From assembly GCA_033764955.1 (NCBI GenBank), contig JANRIL010000011.1:16896-80895 (forward strand): a stretch of 64,000 nucleotides of DNA, read 5' to 3'. How positions within the stretch are numbered: position 1 is the stretch's first letter; the number at the start of each line of letters is the position of its first letter. The translations under genes were made by a program, and so were the position numbers. This DNA comes from Cyanobacteriota bacterium. Lineage in GTDB: Bacteria > Cyanobacteriota > Cyanobacteriia > Thermostichales > Thermostichaceae. A model generated the notes under the pieces. The model did not search any database. It worked only from the letters and a program-made list of their open reading frames with translations, and had not been told where the DNA came from. Shown here in pieces: positions 39,775 to 49,154 of the stretch.

Positions 39775-39849
39775 AATCGATTCAGGATCCATCAAGCTCT
39801 GAGGGGGCAAGGGATAGGAAAGCTTTTGAGTAGTTCTGTTAATCCTGTT

Positions 39850-40644
39850 CTATAGCCCGGTGACACGACAGAGGATTTGCTGGCTGGCCAGAGTTTCAAA
39901 TTGGGATCGAATCGCTTTCGCAAATGTGGGGTTTTCAATCAGGATCCCTGCTTCGATGTTGCGTTGGTGGGCGGCTTCGGTGAAGTTAGCAGAGGTGATC
40001 AAGGTTCTTAATTCATCCACAACAAGACACTTGGCGTGGAGACAGGCATTCGCGGATGTAGTGGGATCCAGAGCGCGCGGATCATGAAAGACTTCCGGAA
40101 GGCGTGCACCAGGCCAGGACTGGCGGAAGTTATCCGTGAACTGCTTAATGATGGTCGAGGAAGGTGTTGGATCACTATACTTGCGTTGGATATTGATGAA
40201 AAGCCGGACTTGCAAATTGGGGATACTCTCCATGCGCTGGGCGAGGGGTTGAAAAAGTTCCCGCCCCTTACTGCCCCAGTCGATGGCAAAACTGGAGATC
40301 AGCAAGCTGTGCTGGGCTGTACGAAAGAGGTCTTTGACGACAACAGCAGTGTCGCGGCTTTCGGATCCTGGTAGCTCCGGGCCAGTCCAGACCAGATCAA
40401 ATGGCTCCCGATACAGAGACTGTTGCCCTTCCTCTGCCAGCAGGTTGAGCGAATAGGCGATGTGGTGAGGAGTCATACCCTTGTTGTGAAGGTGATTGAG
40501 TTCGCTGACGAAAAGGTGAACCAAATGGTCAGGTACCAGTCCGTTGAGGGAAATGGGTGTGCAGGGCAACAGGAGCCGTCGATGGCTCAAAGCTTCACTG
40601 AGGCTTTTAAGGGTTGGGCGGCTGAGGTGGTGAAAGGGAGACAT
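39850..40644 (-). CDS. drmC: phospholipase D-family (HKD) nuclease, DISARM DrmC-like
   Basis: HKD motif LHAKCLVVDELRTLITSANFT (about 40012-40040). The ATG overlaps the drmB stop (TAATG at 40644). Confidence 0.75.
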   Translation of the reverse strand: MSPFHHLSRPTLKSLSEALSHRRLLLPCTPISLNGLVPDHLVHLFVSELNHLHNKGMTPHHIAYSLNLLAEEGQQSLYREPFDLVWTGPELPGSESRDTAVVVKDLFRTAQHSLLISSFAIDWGSKGRELFQPLAQRMESIPNLQVRLFINIQRKYSDPTPSSTIIKQFTDNFRQSWPGARLPEVFHDPRALDPTTSANACLHAKCLVVDELRTLITSANFTEAAHQRNIEAGILIENPTFAKAIRSQFETLASQQILCRVTGL

Positions 40645-42545
40645 TAGATTAGGGTATCTAGGAAGAAAGCCGCTCCCAAGTTTTCCACTGTATTGACCAC
40701 CAGAGCGCGATCTAAAAGTTCGTTACGCCGTTCGCAAGACGTTTCCCCAATCAGGAGGCAGCCATGACAAGCAGCTCCGTGCAGGAATCGGTCTTCTTGA
40801 GGGTTATCCGGTTGGTGTTGGGCACAGACGGGATCATTGGAGCACAGGCGACCATAGTCCAAGGCTCTACTAAGATGATCTTCAATATGGCGACCAACAT
40901 CCACAAGCCCGCCTAAAGTCCCCTCGGATCCTGATGTGCCGGTGTGTAATAGGATCCCATAGCCAATTCCTGGAAAAACATAGATGCGTTCGCGAATGGC
41001 ACTGGAAGTGTAGCCACAATCCAGAGAAACACTGGTGATCAGTAGATGGGAAAGGGAATGTAGCATGATGTAGGGTGCGCCAGGGAAATCAAGTCTGTTT
41101 CGTGGGATCCCACGTTCATCTGCCCATTTCTCAAAGCCACGGATCAGGGTTTGGGCGCGTTGTTTGACAGGTTCACGTTGGAGCCAAGCCTCGATAGCCG
41201 CTGGTTTGAAACTGATGAAAACCCCTTCCCCCAAGTTCTCAATTGCCGGGATCCACTTGGGTTCAAAGTCAAGGCTGGCACGGCGGACACCGATGGCGAG
41301 TTCATCTTCAATTTCGCCGTTGATACTGGTGGGGGCTGATTCAAAGCGAGTAAAGCCAATCAGAGCAACGACTTCCCGTAGACGATGAACAAGGACGATT
41401 TTGTCAATGTAGGGATCCCAACGCGGATCAAGTTGGCTAGGGTGACGGGTAGCTCCATCAAAGATCTTGCTGGCGGGCGTAGGTCGGCCTTGTTCGAACG
41501 GACAGGCCAGTAAAGCTTCCAGTTCCACCTGTTTGATGCTCTTATCTTCAGGGATGGTGCCCTGCTTACGACGTTGCACTTCTTCCCAGACAGCCTTGGC
41601 TCCGAAGGAAACAAGATCTTTGAACTTGGGCTTTTTTAGTTCTTTTTGGATGTCAGTTGGGTCTTCGGCAAATTGCAGGTCTTCGGTGTAGAAGGGATCC
41701 ACAGCTTGGCGTAGTTCACTGTCGGGATCCGGCATAGAGATGACACTCAGCAATTGGCTAAAGTAGGCATTGCTGGCGGAGCGGATCAACAGGCGATTAT
41801 ATTCCGGTTTGTCACTGGGAAGCGGATTACCCTGTGGGTCAGGGATGTATTTGCAGCAGGGTTCTTGACCGCTGGATCGCAGCCAGGGGCGATAGCCTTC
41901 GCAGTAGCCCAAAACTTTGGAGTCTTTGAGTTTGGCTTGGGAAAGGGGGCGGCGTTTGCCGGTTTGCTCACAACGGACAAAGATTTCCTCAAAGTCGTTG
42001 CCGGATCCCGCTTCATCCAGCCACAGTTGTCCGCGAAGGGTGGTCTGAAAGTCGTTGTGCACGAATGCGTACCAGTTGATGTCGCTGAGATGCCCGTTGG
42101 GGCAGGCTTGTACAAACCGAACGGGCACAAATTGAACTTTTTTGCCTCTAAATTTACCCTCGGATTTGACCACACTCCAGGGGACGAGGGGACGGGTGCG
42201 ATAGGTTTTTCCATTAAACTCGAAGGGTTCATCCACTTGAGCGAGAAACCAGGCGGGAAAGACAAAGGCATCGACACCACTTTTTGGGGCTTGAGGATCC
42301 TGCGATTGGGTAGGTGGAGTGCGGAGTTGGATATCTTGTCCGTCATCCAGGTTGAGGGCACGAATCACTTTGGCACGGAGACGGTCTTCGCGGATGTACT
42401 GGGTTTCTCCTTTCCAGTAGGTTAGTCCAGAAATAATCACTGAACGGTCAGGCAGATCCACCATGGCACCAGGGCCAAATGTGGTCAGGAGTTGGCTTTG
42501 GCGTAGTTCGCTATCAGGGGGACGTTGTTTTGACTGTTTGCTCAT
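40644..42545 (-). CDS. drmB: DUF1998-domain protein, DISARM DrmB-like
   Basis: N-terminal QLLTTFGPGAMVDL and a C-terminal Zn-ribbon-like Cys cluster (CSNDPVCAQH...ACHGCLLIGETSCERRNELLDR) typical of DUF1998. The ATG at 42545 lies 2 nt after the drmA stop. Confidence 0.75.
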   Translation of the reverse strand: MSKQSKQRPPDSELRQSQLLTTFGPGAMVDLPDRSVIISGLTYWKGETQYIREDRLRAKVIRALNLDDGQDIQLRTPPTQSQDPQAPKSGVDAFVFPAWFLAQVDEPFEFNGKTYRTRPLVPWSVVKSEGKFRGKKVQFVPVRFVQACPNGHLSDINWYAFVHNDFQTTLRGQLWLDEAGSGNDFEEIFVRCEQTGKRRPLSQAKLKDSKVLGYCEGYRPWLRSSGQEPCCKYIPDPQGNPLPSDKPEYNRLLIRSASNAYFSQLLSVISMPDPDSELRQAVDPFYTEDLQFAEDPTDIQKELKKPKFKDLVSFGAKAVWEEVQRRKQGTIPEDKSIKQVELEALLACPFEQGRPTPASKIFDGATRHPSQLDPRWDPYIDKIVLVHRLREVVALIGFTRFESAPTSINGEIEDELAIGVRRASLDFEPKWIPAIENLGEGVFISFKPAAIEAWLQREPVKQRAQTLIRGFEKWADERGIPRNRLDFPGAPYIMLHSLSHLLITSVSLDCGYTSSAIRERIYVFPGIGYGILLHTGTSGSEGTLGGLVDVGRHIEDHLSRALDYGRLCSNDPVCAQHQPDNPQEDRFLHGAACHGCLLIGETSCERRNELLDRALVVNTVENLGAAFFLDTLI

Positions 42546-42547
42546 GA

Positions 42548-45500
42548 TTATTGCTCTCCATAGGGATCCCGAATCCAAACATTGACGGTGGCTTCCACGT
42601 CCCGAAGGCTACGGTGGGCCTTAAATTTGCGCCGTTCCAGATCAGTATCTGCTTGAGTGTCTAAGGCATCTACCAACAAAGGAGCCGCTAAATCGGTCTC
42701 GCTTTGATACTGCAGGCGAGTATCACGACCCAGGATCCGTTCCCAACTATCCAATAGGTCTAGCACCTGAGATCTTACTGATTGGCGGATTTGCTCCGTA
42801 TCAGTTTGGGTCAGATTTGGGTTGTGGGCTTCAGCACGTTCGGAGATGGTGGTCAGTAAAGCTTCGACGGCTTGGCGCTGGCTATTGATTTGAGAAGCTC
42901 CTAGGGGAGTTGTCATTGCTCGAATTCCAAGTCGAGCTAGAGCTACCGTTACCCCTGCCAGTCCACGATCCAGGGCACGGGGGGAGAAGGGAGTGACACT
43001 GGTGGCTTCAACAGAGCGGTAAAAACTGGTGTGCCAACTCTGAAATTGCTCGTAGTGGGAGCGATCGCGGGGGCGATGGACATTGAGTAAGGTGACGACT
43101 AATCCAGGGCGTTTGGGATCCCGTCCAACGCGGCTGGTGGCCTGAATATATTCAGAGGCATTTTTGGGTTGACCCAAGACCACCATCAGCCCCAACCGCA
43201 CGATATCCAGACCGACCGAGATCATATTGGTGGCGAGGGCAACATCCAGGCGGTCTTTCTCATAGAAGGGCATAGCCAGACGACGTTTAGTGTTGGCAAC
43301 TTTATTGGTTGGCACCCGTGAGGTTAGCTCTTCTAAGTCATCGTCGATTTTGCGATCCGCGAAAGAACCGGAGGATTCTCCATAGCGAAGGCGGTTACTA
43401 TAATTTCGCAATTGAGAACTCACTTCGTCTTCAATGATTCGACGACTTCCCCCCAATTCCCGTAGAGAGTTGAAGTATCCTAACAGCGTCATGTAGGGAT
43501 CCGCTGGGTTCTGTTGGTTACGGGATCCGCCCGCTTGCTCATATTCCTTTTGAGCAGCGGACATCAAAGCGAGATAGGCTCTCAGTAAAACCACTTTTAA
43601 GCTGCGTCCTTGAGCGGCAATGCCCACATAGAGGCGACCATCGGAGTCAAAATCTGTTTTGGCGAAAAAAGAATCGTGGCGATCTGGGCCTGGTGGTGGG
43701 AAGATTTCCACATGCTGGCGTCCAAAGAGGGCTTGGATCTGATGTGTGGCGCGGCGAACGGTAGCGGTGGAAGCAATGATCTTGGGACGTACCCTCAGCC
43801 TCTCTCCCTGAGAAGAGAGGAGTTCGGCGGTACAGAGGGCATCGATGGCGGTCTCGTAGAGTCCTACCATTGTTCCTAAGGGACCGGAGATGAGATGCAA
43901 CTCATCCTGGATGATCAAGTCTGGTGGGGGGAGATAACTGCTGAGGGGTTGTCCGGTGGGGGTGGGATCGGCTGTGCTACAGAAACCTTGCGTGGGGTCG
44001 AAGTGAGTGACCCGACCGAATAGGGCGGCGGTTTGCCCCACCCAGGGCAGTCCGGCAAATTTATCGACGGTGGCGATCATGAAGCAGGGGATCCGCCTAT
44101 AGATGGGTTCATCCACAGCTAGGATGGGGAGCGGGTTATGGCTGCGGAAATGGCAGGTACGGCTGACACAATGGACTTTGAGGTTGTTGGGTTGGTCTTC
44201 GCTGGGATGCAGTTGAAAGGAATTGGGGGTGAAGGATTCCCCACACCACGGGCAACGTTCTAGAGGAATGGGGGAGGGTTTGGCTTTGCTATCTCGCTTG
44301 TAGGCCAGGGTACGGGCACGGGCAGTGTTGTCGTCTTTGTCTTTACTGGATCCCATGCGGTTGGGGGTAGCACTTTGTCCGACCCAGAGACCAATCTCGA
44401 AAGGCCAGGATCCGAGTATTGCTTGATTGCTTTGCCGTTCTAGCTCCAAGGCGCAGATGAGGCGAGAAGCCCGTTCCAGTTGATCCAGGGTTAAAAGTCG
44501 CAAAGTGTAGCGCATCAAGACGCTCAGTCCGGCGGATTGGATCCCTGGGTGGGTAAGACGGCGCAAAATCAGGGTGAAGGCAGCTAGTCCCAGATAGGCT
44601 TCGGTTTTACCGCCACCCGTAGGGAAAAAGAGCAGATCAACTGCGCCTCGGTCGGGAGAGGTGGGATCCAGAATTCCCACCAGGTTGAGCAGGATATAGG
44701 CGATTTGGAAGGGTCGCCATTGGGGTGGAGCAAAACTTTCAGGGGGTAGGCTCTGCTCTTGACTCAGTTGTTGGCGGCGAGCACGGGCGATGACTTTGTT
44801 GGCTAGTCGAAAAGCTGTGAAGATGTTGGGGTCTGTCAGTGCATTCAGTCCAGCTTCGATGCGGTTGCAGGCGTAGTTGGCTCGATCCAACAAGTCTTGG
44901 GCAGCAGCGGTGAAACAGGGATCCAAATGGATTTGGCGTTGCGCCTGGATCCAATGGCGGTATTCGGTAACGAGGGATCCCAACATTTGTTGGATAGTGG
45001 CCGCATTAGTGGCATCCGCGAGGGCTTCCATGCCCAGTTGGAGATCCGGAATATCGGCGGGTTTGACACGGGGAACTTCGCCGGTGGGGATCCAGGCTGT
45101 TCGAATGGTGGTGCATTCACCCTGCGACAAGTCGCCGAGTGAGGCGCGAACGGTGACTTCAGCGGTGGCCGAGACGTTATGGCCCACTGCGTACTCGAAA
45201 TCGTGACGGTATTGCAGGCTGGCGACGGCTTCATCCCAATCATTGCTGTTTTCTCCACGGGGATCCCGACGCGGTTGAAATCCCTCAGAGCAGTGGAGAC
45301 TCAGTTGGGTTTGGAAACAAAAATCAGCGTCTTTGTTTTTGGTGTGACTGGGGCGATAGTTGACCACAAAACATGAGACAGAGCAAGTACCCACCGGAAA
45401 ACCCTGAGCATTAACTGGACGACAGGTGATCACCAGTTGTAGCCCACTGCCGTTGGGAATGTCGTAATGGTTGGGGGAGCCGGTTTGGATGCGGATAGGG

Positions 45501-45973
45501 ATTTCCAAGGTTGCCGATTGGGGGATCCGTTGCCAACGGTCAGGCTTGCGTTTTTTATCTGAACTGCCAGACTCGGTGTCTTCAGGGGTATCTGGGCTGG
45601 GATCCGGTTCTAAGGGCAGGTAGTCTGCCCAGGTCAGTGTGGCAGTTATGGCTTGAGTGGTTGGCTTGGTTAGGAAACTCAATCCCATTGAGGAAGGAAA
45701 CCAAGCTTTGCGGGCCGGAGCTTTATCGGAGAGTTGGCTATCTTCGCTGGTTTCACTATTGGCCAGGGATTCGAGTTCGTCATCGGCGGTGTCATCGGAG
45801 CGGATGTCGGGGGGTGCGCCGTAGGGAACCAGAAACCCTGTGAGATACCACTTAGAAGGATCCTGGGGCAAGATTTCGTGGGTGTAGTCGGGATCCTGGG
45901 GGGTGGGGCCGATGAGATCCAGATGGAGAGCTTGGATGAGCTTAGAGCGGACTTGAGCAGGTGTCGTTGACAT
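42548..45973 (-). CDS. drmA: large SF2 helicase, DISARM DrmA-like
   Basis: Walker A FFPTGGGKTEAYLG (about 44588-44632), DELH box IIQDELHLISGPLG, motif VI QATSRVGR. The ATG at 45973 was chosen; the longer ORF overlaps the PIN gene. Confidence 0.8.
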   Translation of the reverse strand: MSTTPAQVRSKLIQALHLDLIGPTPQDPDYTHEILPQDPSKWYLTGFLVPYGAPPDIRSDDTADDELESLANSETSEDSQLSDKAPARKAWFPSSMGLSFLTKPTTQAITATLTWADYLPLEPDPSPDTPEDTESGSSDKKRKPDRWQRIPQSATLEIPIRIQTGSPNHYDIPNGSGLQLVITCRPVNAQGFPVGTCSVSCFVVNYRPSHTKNKDADFCFQTQLSLHCSEGFQPRRDPRGENSNDWDEAVASLQYRHDFEYAVGHNVSATAEVTVRASLGDLSQGECTTIRTAWIPTGEVPRVKPADIPDLQLGMEALADATNAATIQQMLGSLVTEYRHWIQAQRQIHLDPCFTAAAQDLLDRANYACNRIEAGLNALTDPNIFTAFRLANKVIARARRQQLSQEQSLPPESFAPPQWRPFQIAYILLNLVGILDPTSPDRGAVDLLFFPTGGGKTEAYLGLAAFTLILRRLTHPGIQSAGLSVLMRYTLRLLTLDQLERASRLICALELERQSNQAILGSWPFEIGLWVGQSATPNRMGSSKDKDDNTARARTLAYKRDSKAKPSPIPLERCPWCGESFTPNSFQLHPSEDQPNNLKVHCVSRTCHFRSHNPLPILAVDEPIYRRIPCFMIATVDKFAGLPWVGQTAALFGRVTHFDPTQGFCSTADPTPTGQPLSSYLPPPDLIIQDELHLISGPLGTMVGLYETAIDALCTAELLSSQGERLRVRPKIIASTATVRRATHQIQALFGRQHVEIFPPPGPDRHDSFFAKTDFDSDGRLYVGIAAQGRSLKVVLLRAYLALMSAAQKEYEQAGGSRNQQNPADPYMTLLGYFNSLRELGGSRRIIEDEVSSQLRNYSNRLRYGESSGSFADRKIDDDLEELTSRVPTNKVANTKRRLAMPFYEKDRLDVALATNMISVGLDIVRLGLMVVLGQPKNASEYIQATSRVGRDPKRPGLVVTLLNVHRPRDRSHYEQFQSWHTSFYRSVEATSVTPFSPRALDRGLAGVTVALARLGIRAMTTPLGASQINSQRQAVEALLTTISERAEAHNPNLTQTDTEQIRQSVRSQVLDLLDSWERILGRDTRLQYQSETDLAAPLLVDALDTQADTDLERRKFKAHRSLRDVEATVNVWIRDPYGEQ

Positions 45974-45981
45974 GGAACCCC

Positions 45982-46554
45982 CTAAATCTCGTAGCAAATC
46001 TGGCGGAGCATAGAAACGGATATCGGCAGTCCCTGTCTCAGCAGAATTTCCAGATGTTCTTCCACAGTCACGGGTGGATTGCATAACCGCTTTCTTACTG
46101 TTTCTACCACTTGAGCGATTTTGAATGGCTTCAAGTCTATGACAGAAGCAATAAACTCATCAGGGTGCTGTACCTCAATGTCGTAGGGAGCTAATGCCTG
46201 CTGTGGAAAGTCTTTGAGGTTGAAGGTGACAATCACATCCACTCCCCCTTGGATGGCAGCAGCAAGGACATGGCGATCCTCGGGATCCGGTAACTGTAGA
46301 GCAGGAATCAAGGATTCATAGCCTGTAATTAGACAGTCCCGAACATGACTATTCATTAAGTCCTTGGTGCGGGTGAGCTGCTCTAGTGTCAGGTCAGGGC
46401 GATCTTTGAGGACGTTCCGGATCCACTCCTCATGAATTTGATTTGTCCATTTGGCTCGGAAGAGATCAGTAAGGGCTAGCTGCATAAGAAGATCCCGCAG
46501 GGGAGCGGGATAAAGCACACAGGCATCATAGAGAGCTGTGTAGTTGGATGACAT
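45982..46554 (-). CDS. PIN-domain toxin (paired with an HTH antitoxin)
   Basis: ALYDACVLYPAPLRDLLMQLALTDLFRAKWTNQIHEEW..., a later acidic residue (DPEDRHVLAAAI) and FNLKDF are typical of PIN toxins that pair with excisionase-type HTH antitoxins. ATG at 46554. Confidence 0.7.
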   Translation of the reverse strand: MSSNYTALYDACVLYPAPLRDLLMQLALTDLFRAKWTNQIHEEWIRNVLKDRPDLTLEQLTRTKDLMNSHVRDCLITGYESLIPALQLPDPEDRHVLAAAIQGGVDVIVTFNLKDFPQQALAPYDIEVQHPDEFIASVIDLKPFKIAQVVETVRKRLCNPPVTVEEHLEILLRQGLPISVSMLRQICYEI

Positions 46555-46555
46555 G

Positions 46556-47011
46556 CTAGTAGCCCATACCCAGTTCTTGGGCTTGGAGAACCAGATCATT
46601 GAGGGCTTGGGATCTGGCTGCGTCTGTTTTTTGCTTGTAAGCCATGAGGTCTTGGAAACAGATGCGGCGGTGTTTGCCGACCGTTCGATAGGGAATCTCG
46701 CCGGACTCTAGGAGTTTGATCAGGAAGGGACGGGAGACGTTGAGGATATCGGCGGATTCTTGGGTGGTGAGTTCGGCATGAATGGGAATGAGGGTGACGG
46801 CGTTGCCCTGTGCCATCTGAGCCAGGATATCGACCAAAAGGTGAAGGGCACTGGCAGGAATCTCGACGGTTTCTTCACTGCCATCCTCTTCAACGACTTT
46901 GAGTTGACGGGTAGCTCCACCCAGATGAGCCGACAGGATCCGGCTGCTGACTTGAGAGAGCTTAATTTCAGACTCCGTTGGTAGTTGGAGCCTTGGGCTG
47001 GAGATTGCCAT
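46556..47011 (-). CDS. excisionase-family helix-turn-helix antitoxin
   Basis: HTH_17-like segment LTTQESADILNVSRPFLIKLLESGEIPYRTVGKHRRICFQDLMAYK. The stop lies 1 nt before the PIN start. Confidence 0.7.
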   Translation of the reverse strand: MAISSPRLQLPTESEIKLSQVSSRILSAHLGGATRQLKVVEEDGSEETVEIPASALHLLVDILAQMAQGNAVTLIPIHAELTTQESADILNVSRPFLIKLLESGEIPYRTVGKHRRICFQDLMAYKQKTDAARSQALNDLVLQAQELGMGY

Positions 47012-47062
47012 AGGAATCTCGGTATTGTGTGTGGGTTGTGTAATGGAATCACTTTAATCCCG

Positions 47063-47080
47063 TAAACGCAATAAACGCAA
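47063..47080. promoter_or_regulatory. perfect tandem 9-mer TAAACGCAA x2 upstream of the HTH-antitoxin gene (candidate operator)
   Basis: Read directly: 47063-47071 and 47072-47080 are identical. They lie 52-69 nt upstream of the antitoxin ATG (47011). Confidence 0.35.
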
Positions 47081-47106
47081 CAGGCAAAACAAACCAATAA
47101 TCTGCG

Positions 47107-47259
47107 CTCCCTCAGGATCTGAGTGTTCAGGACAGCTTGGCCATTGCGGATGAGTTGATCCTGAGTTTCGTTTACGGTCTGGCGTTTTTTAGGATCAATG
47201 CTGTCATAAGCATCAATAAGGATATTGGTATCGAACTGCTTCGCAACGCTGACGCGAAC
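47107..47259 (-). pseudogene. 5' remnant of a PIN-domain (VapC-like) toxin gene
   Basis: The frame reads GFVRVSVAKQFDTNILIDAYDSIDPKKRQTVNETQDQLIRNGQAVLNTQILRE, with a PIN N-terminal FDTN motif. There is no in-frame start codon after the upstream stop, and similarity ends near 47105. Confidence 0.55.
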
Positions 47260-47265
47260 AAAACC

Positions 47266-47499
47266 TTAGTGCTGGTGTCGGTCATAGAGATCTTCTCGTT
47301 TCCAGTCACGACCTGAGGTTGTGCGACGGTTCAAGCTTTGGATAAACGCTTTCTGCTTTTCCCACACCTCGATCCTGGTTCGCTGATCAATGGGTTCAAC
47401 CAGGGTGAGTTCCACCGTTTGCCCCTCAAGGCTAGGATCTAGCTTTTCCGAAAGGATCAGGTTGCCGTCACGATAGGTTGCGGTCAGAATCTGACTCAT
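47266..47499 (-). CDS. AF2212/DUF104-like antitoxin
   Basis: MSQILTATYRDGNLILSEKLDPSLEGQTVELTLVE is the typical DUF104 antitoxin N-terminus. It is followed by the PIN remnant. Confidence 0.6.
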   Translation of the reverse strand: MSQILTATYRDGNLILSEKLDPSLEGQTVELTLVEPIDQRTRIEVWEKQKAFIQSLNRRTTSGRDWKREDLYDRHQH

Positions 47500-47529
47500 G
47501 GTTTCTCCTCGGCAGATTTTCTGTTGATC

Positions 47530-48702
47530 CTAGTCTAAGCCAGGGATCCCAGGGGTCTCGGCCTGCTTGGATTTACGAGAGGATCCTTTGGGCTTGGCTT
47601 GGGATCCCCCGATGATCTCCTCTTGATAGCGTTGCTGGTTGAGTTTGAGCAGGCGAGCAAGGACTTCATCGTGGACTTCTTCGGGCCAGCGATAGCGCCA
47701 GGGTTTCTTGCGTTTGCTGGTTCCTTCGTCGTCTTCGTCTTCGTAGTCGAGCAGGAATTCGCAGTCGGTGGGGATGTCGTGCCAACCGTAGGCATCGAGG
47801 ACGGCACGATCCATTTGGGCATGGAGTTCGCGTTGTTTGAGGATATCGGGGTTGGTTTCGTCGGGGTCGTGGAAGCGGTTGTAGGTGGCGGTGAGTCCCT
47901 CGTTGTGGCGGATCATGAGATCGGCGCGGAATTCGTAGTAGGTTTTGCCTGCGGCTTCGAGGATGGGGTTAGTTTCCCAATCAAAAGGGAAGGGGAAGGT
48001 TTCAAAGCAGTCAGAAGGCGTGTAGCGGAGGTCATCTTTCATAGATGAACCCAAGAATCGCGCCCAAATTTCATGAATACGAGATTGAAGAATACAGAAA
48101 GTAGAGTAAGTTCCAAGTGAGACAACAATAAGTTGTTCAGAATAAACCATCCCGCTTGGTAGAAATGTAAATGCTCCAGTTTGACTAACACGAGGAATAA
48201 CTAACACCCGATCGCACTGGGCGATCGCTTTTTGAAGGTCTAGAGCAGGGCGAGCAAACATCCACCATCTTGCAGGATTTACAATTGAGCCTTGTGTTAA
48301 CCTTTTAGGCTTAACCTTCTCTTCCACGATTGCCATCAAGTCCGGATACTTCTGCATCTCATCTTCCTTCATGTCACCAAAATTAATCACATAGCGATGA
48401 TGAGCATGAGTGGGGCTACTATTCACTTCCTCACCGCCAATGTAAGGAAAAATCCGTTCTGCATTGCGCGGATCTTTTTCGATTAAGCGGTGCATTTCTG
48501 CAATAGGGGTCGCATCGGAATTAGAGTCATCAAACGTAAACCCCATCCCTAACACATAGCTACCTACGAAACTCTTGTTAGCATTTGCCAATAACACAGC
48601 AGGGTCATCATTTCCACCTTTTGCAAACAAAAACGCCGTAATTTTTTCAACAGGTTTGCCATCCAGTAAAATCGGAATATCAGGCGGAAAAGATTGCAGC
48701 AT
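47530..48702 (-). CDS. drmMI: C-terminal (target-recognition-like) fragment of the DISARM DrmMI-type methyltransferase
   Basis: ILLDGKPVEKITAFLF...ANANKSFVGSYVLGMGFTFDD...DPRNAERIFPYIGGEEVN...HHRYVINF continues the MmeI/Eco57I-like architecture where the 933-aa ORF stops. Confidence 0.65.
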   Translation of the reverse strand: MLQSFPPDIPILLDGKPVEKITAFLFAKGGNDDPAVLLANANKSFVGSYVLGMGFTFDDSNSDATPIAEMHRLIEKDPRNAERIFPYIGGEEVNSSPTHAHHRYVINFGDMKEDEMQKYPDLMAIVEEKVKPKRLTQGSIVNPARWWMFARPALDLQKAIAQCDRVLVIPRVSQTGAFTFLPSGMVYSEQLIVVSLGTYSTFCILQSRIHEIWARFLGSSMKDDLRYTPSDCFETFPFPFDWETNPILEAAGKTYYEFRADLMIRHNEGLTATYNRFHDPDETNPDILKQRELHAQMDRAVLDAYGWHDIPTDCEFLLDYEDEDDEGTSKRKKPWRYRWPEEVHDEVLARLLKLNQQRYQEEIIGGSQAKPKGSSRKSKQAETPGIPGLD

Positions 48703-48737
48703 AATCCATGCTTTAGAGTGACAAAGTTTTTAGTGCT

Positions 48738-49154
48738 CTACGGCAATAACAAGTTTTGAAATGGTTGATTGTTTTTCCAGCGATACGTGTTGAAGTCTCG
48801 CTGATCGACTGAGAAAATGCGTCCGTGTCCTAAATGCTCAGCCAAAATCACTAGAGAAGCATCTGCCAAATCCATTGGTAAACTGGCATATTGCTTCATT
48901 AGTTTCGCAATTCTTGAACCAGATTCAGATGGTAAATCAAAAACATTAAAAAGTTTTTGGTGGTAATTGTTGATGAATGCGATTTGTGCCTGTACCCCTT
49001 TACGAGTAAGTAACAGATAACAAGTCTCAGTCATAACAGACCACGTTGTAATGAGAGATTCATCATAGGTTTGAAAAGCTTGATTGGCTGCTTCGTGATA
49101 CCTATCTTTTGCATCAGCGAGTGCCAACCAAAAACCCGTATCAACGATGATCAT
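48738..49154 (-). CDS. vapC: PIN-domain toxin VapC
   Basis: MIIVDTGFWLAL...TTWSVMTETCYLL...DLADASLVILAE...IFSVDQRDF, with the four acidic PIN positions recognisable. Confidence 0.8.
   Translation of the reverse strand: MIIVDTGFWLALADAKDRYHEAANQAFQTYDESLITTWSVMTETCYLLLTRKGVQAQIAFINNYHQKLFNVFDLPSESGSRIAKLMKQYASLPMDLADASLVILAEHLGHGRIFSVDQRDFNTYRWKNNQPFQNLLLP

Noticed and set aside
41754-42425. 223-aa (+) and 191-aa (-, alternative frame) ORFs inside drmB
   Set aside because: Both overlap the motif-supported drmB reading frame. They are low-complexity Gly/Ala/Phe-rich translations and are probably spurious.
46720-47097. 125-aa minus-strand ORF (MVCFACCVYCVYG...)
   Set aside because: It is a read-through of the PIN remnant frame into the promoter region and 5' end of the HTH antitoxin gene, in a different frame from that gene. 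It is Cys/Pro-rich nonsense.
47599-48048. 149-aa + strand ORF opposite the methyltransferase C-terminal fragment
   Set aside because: It is antisense to a frame with clear family similarity. The repetitive V/F/G translation looks like a shadow ORF.
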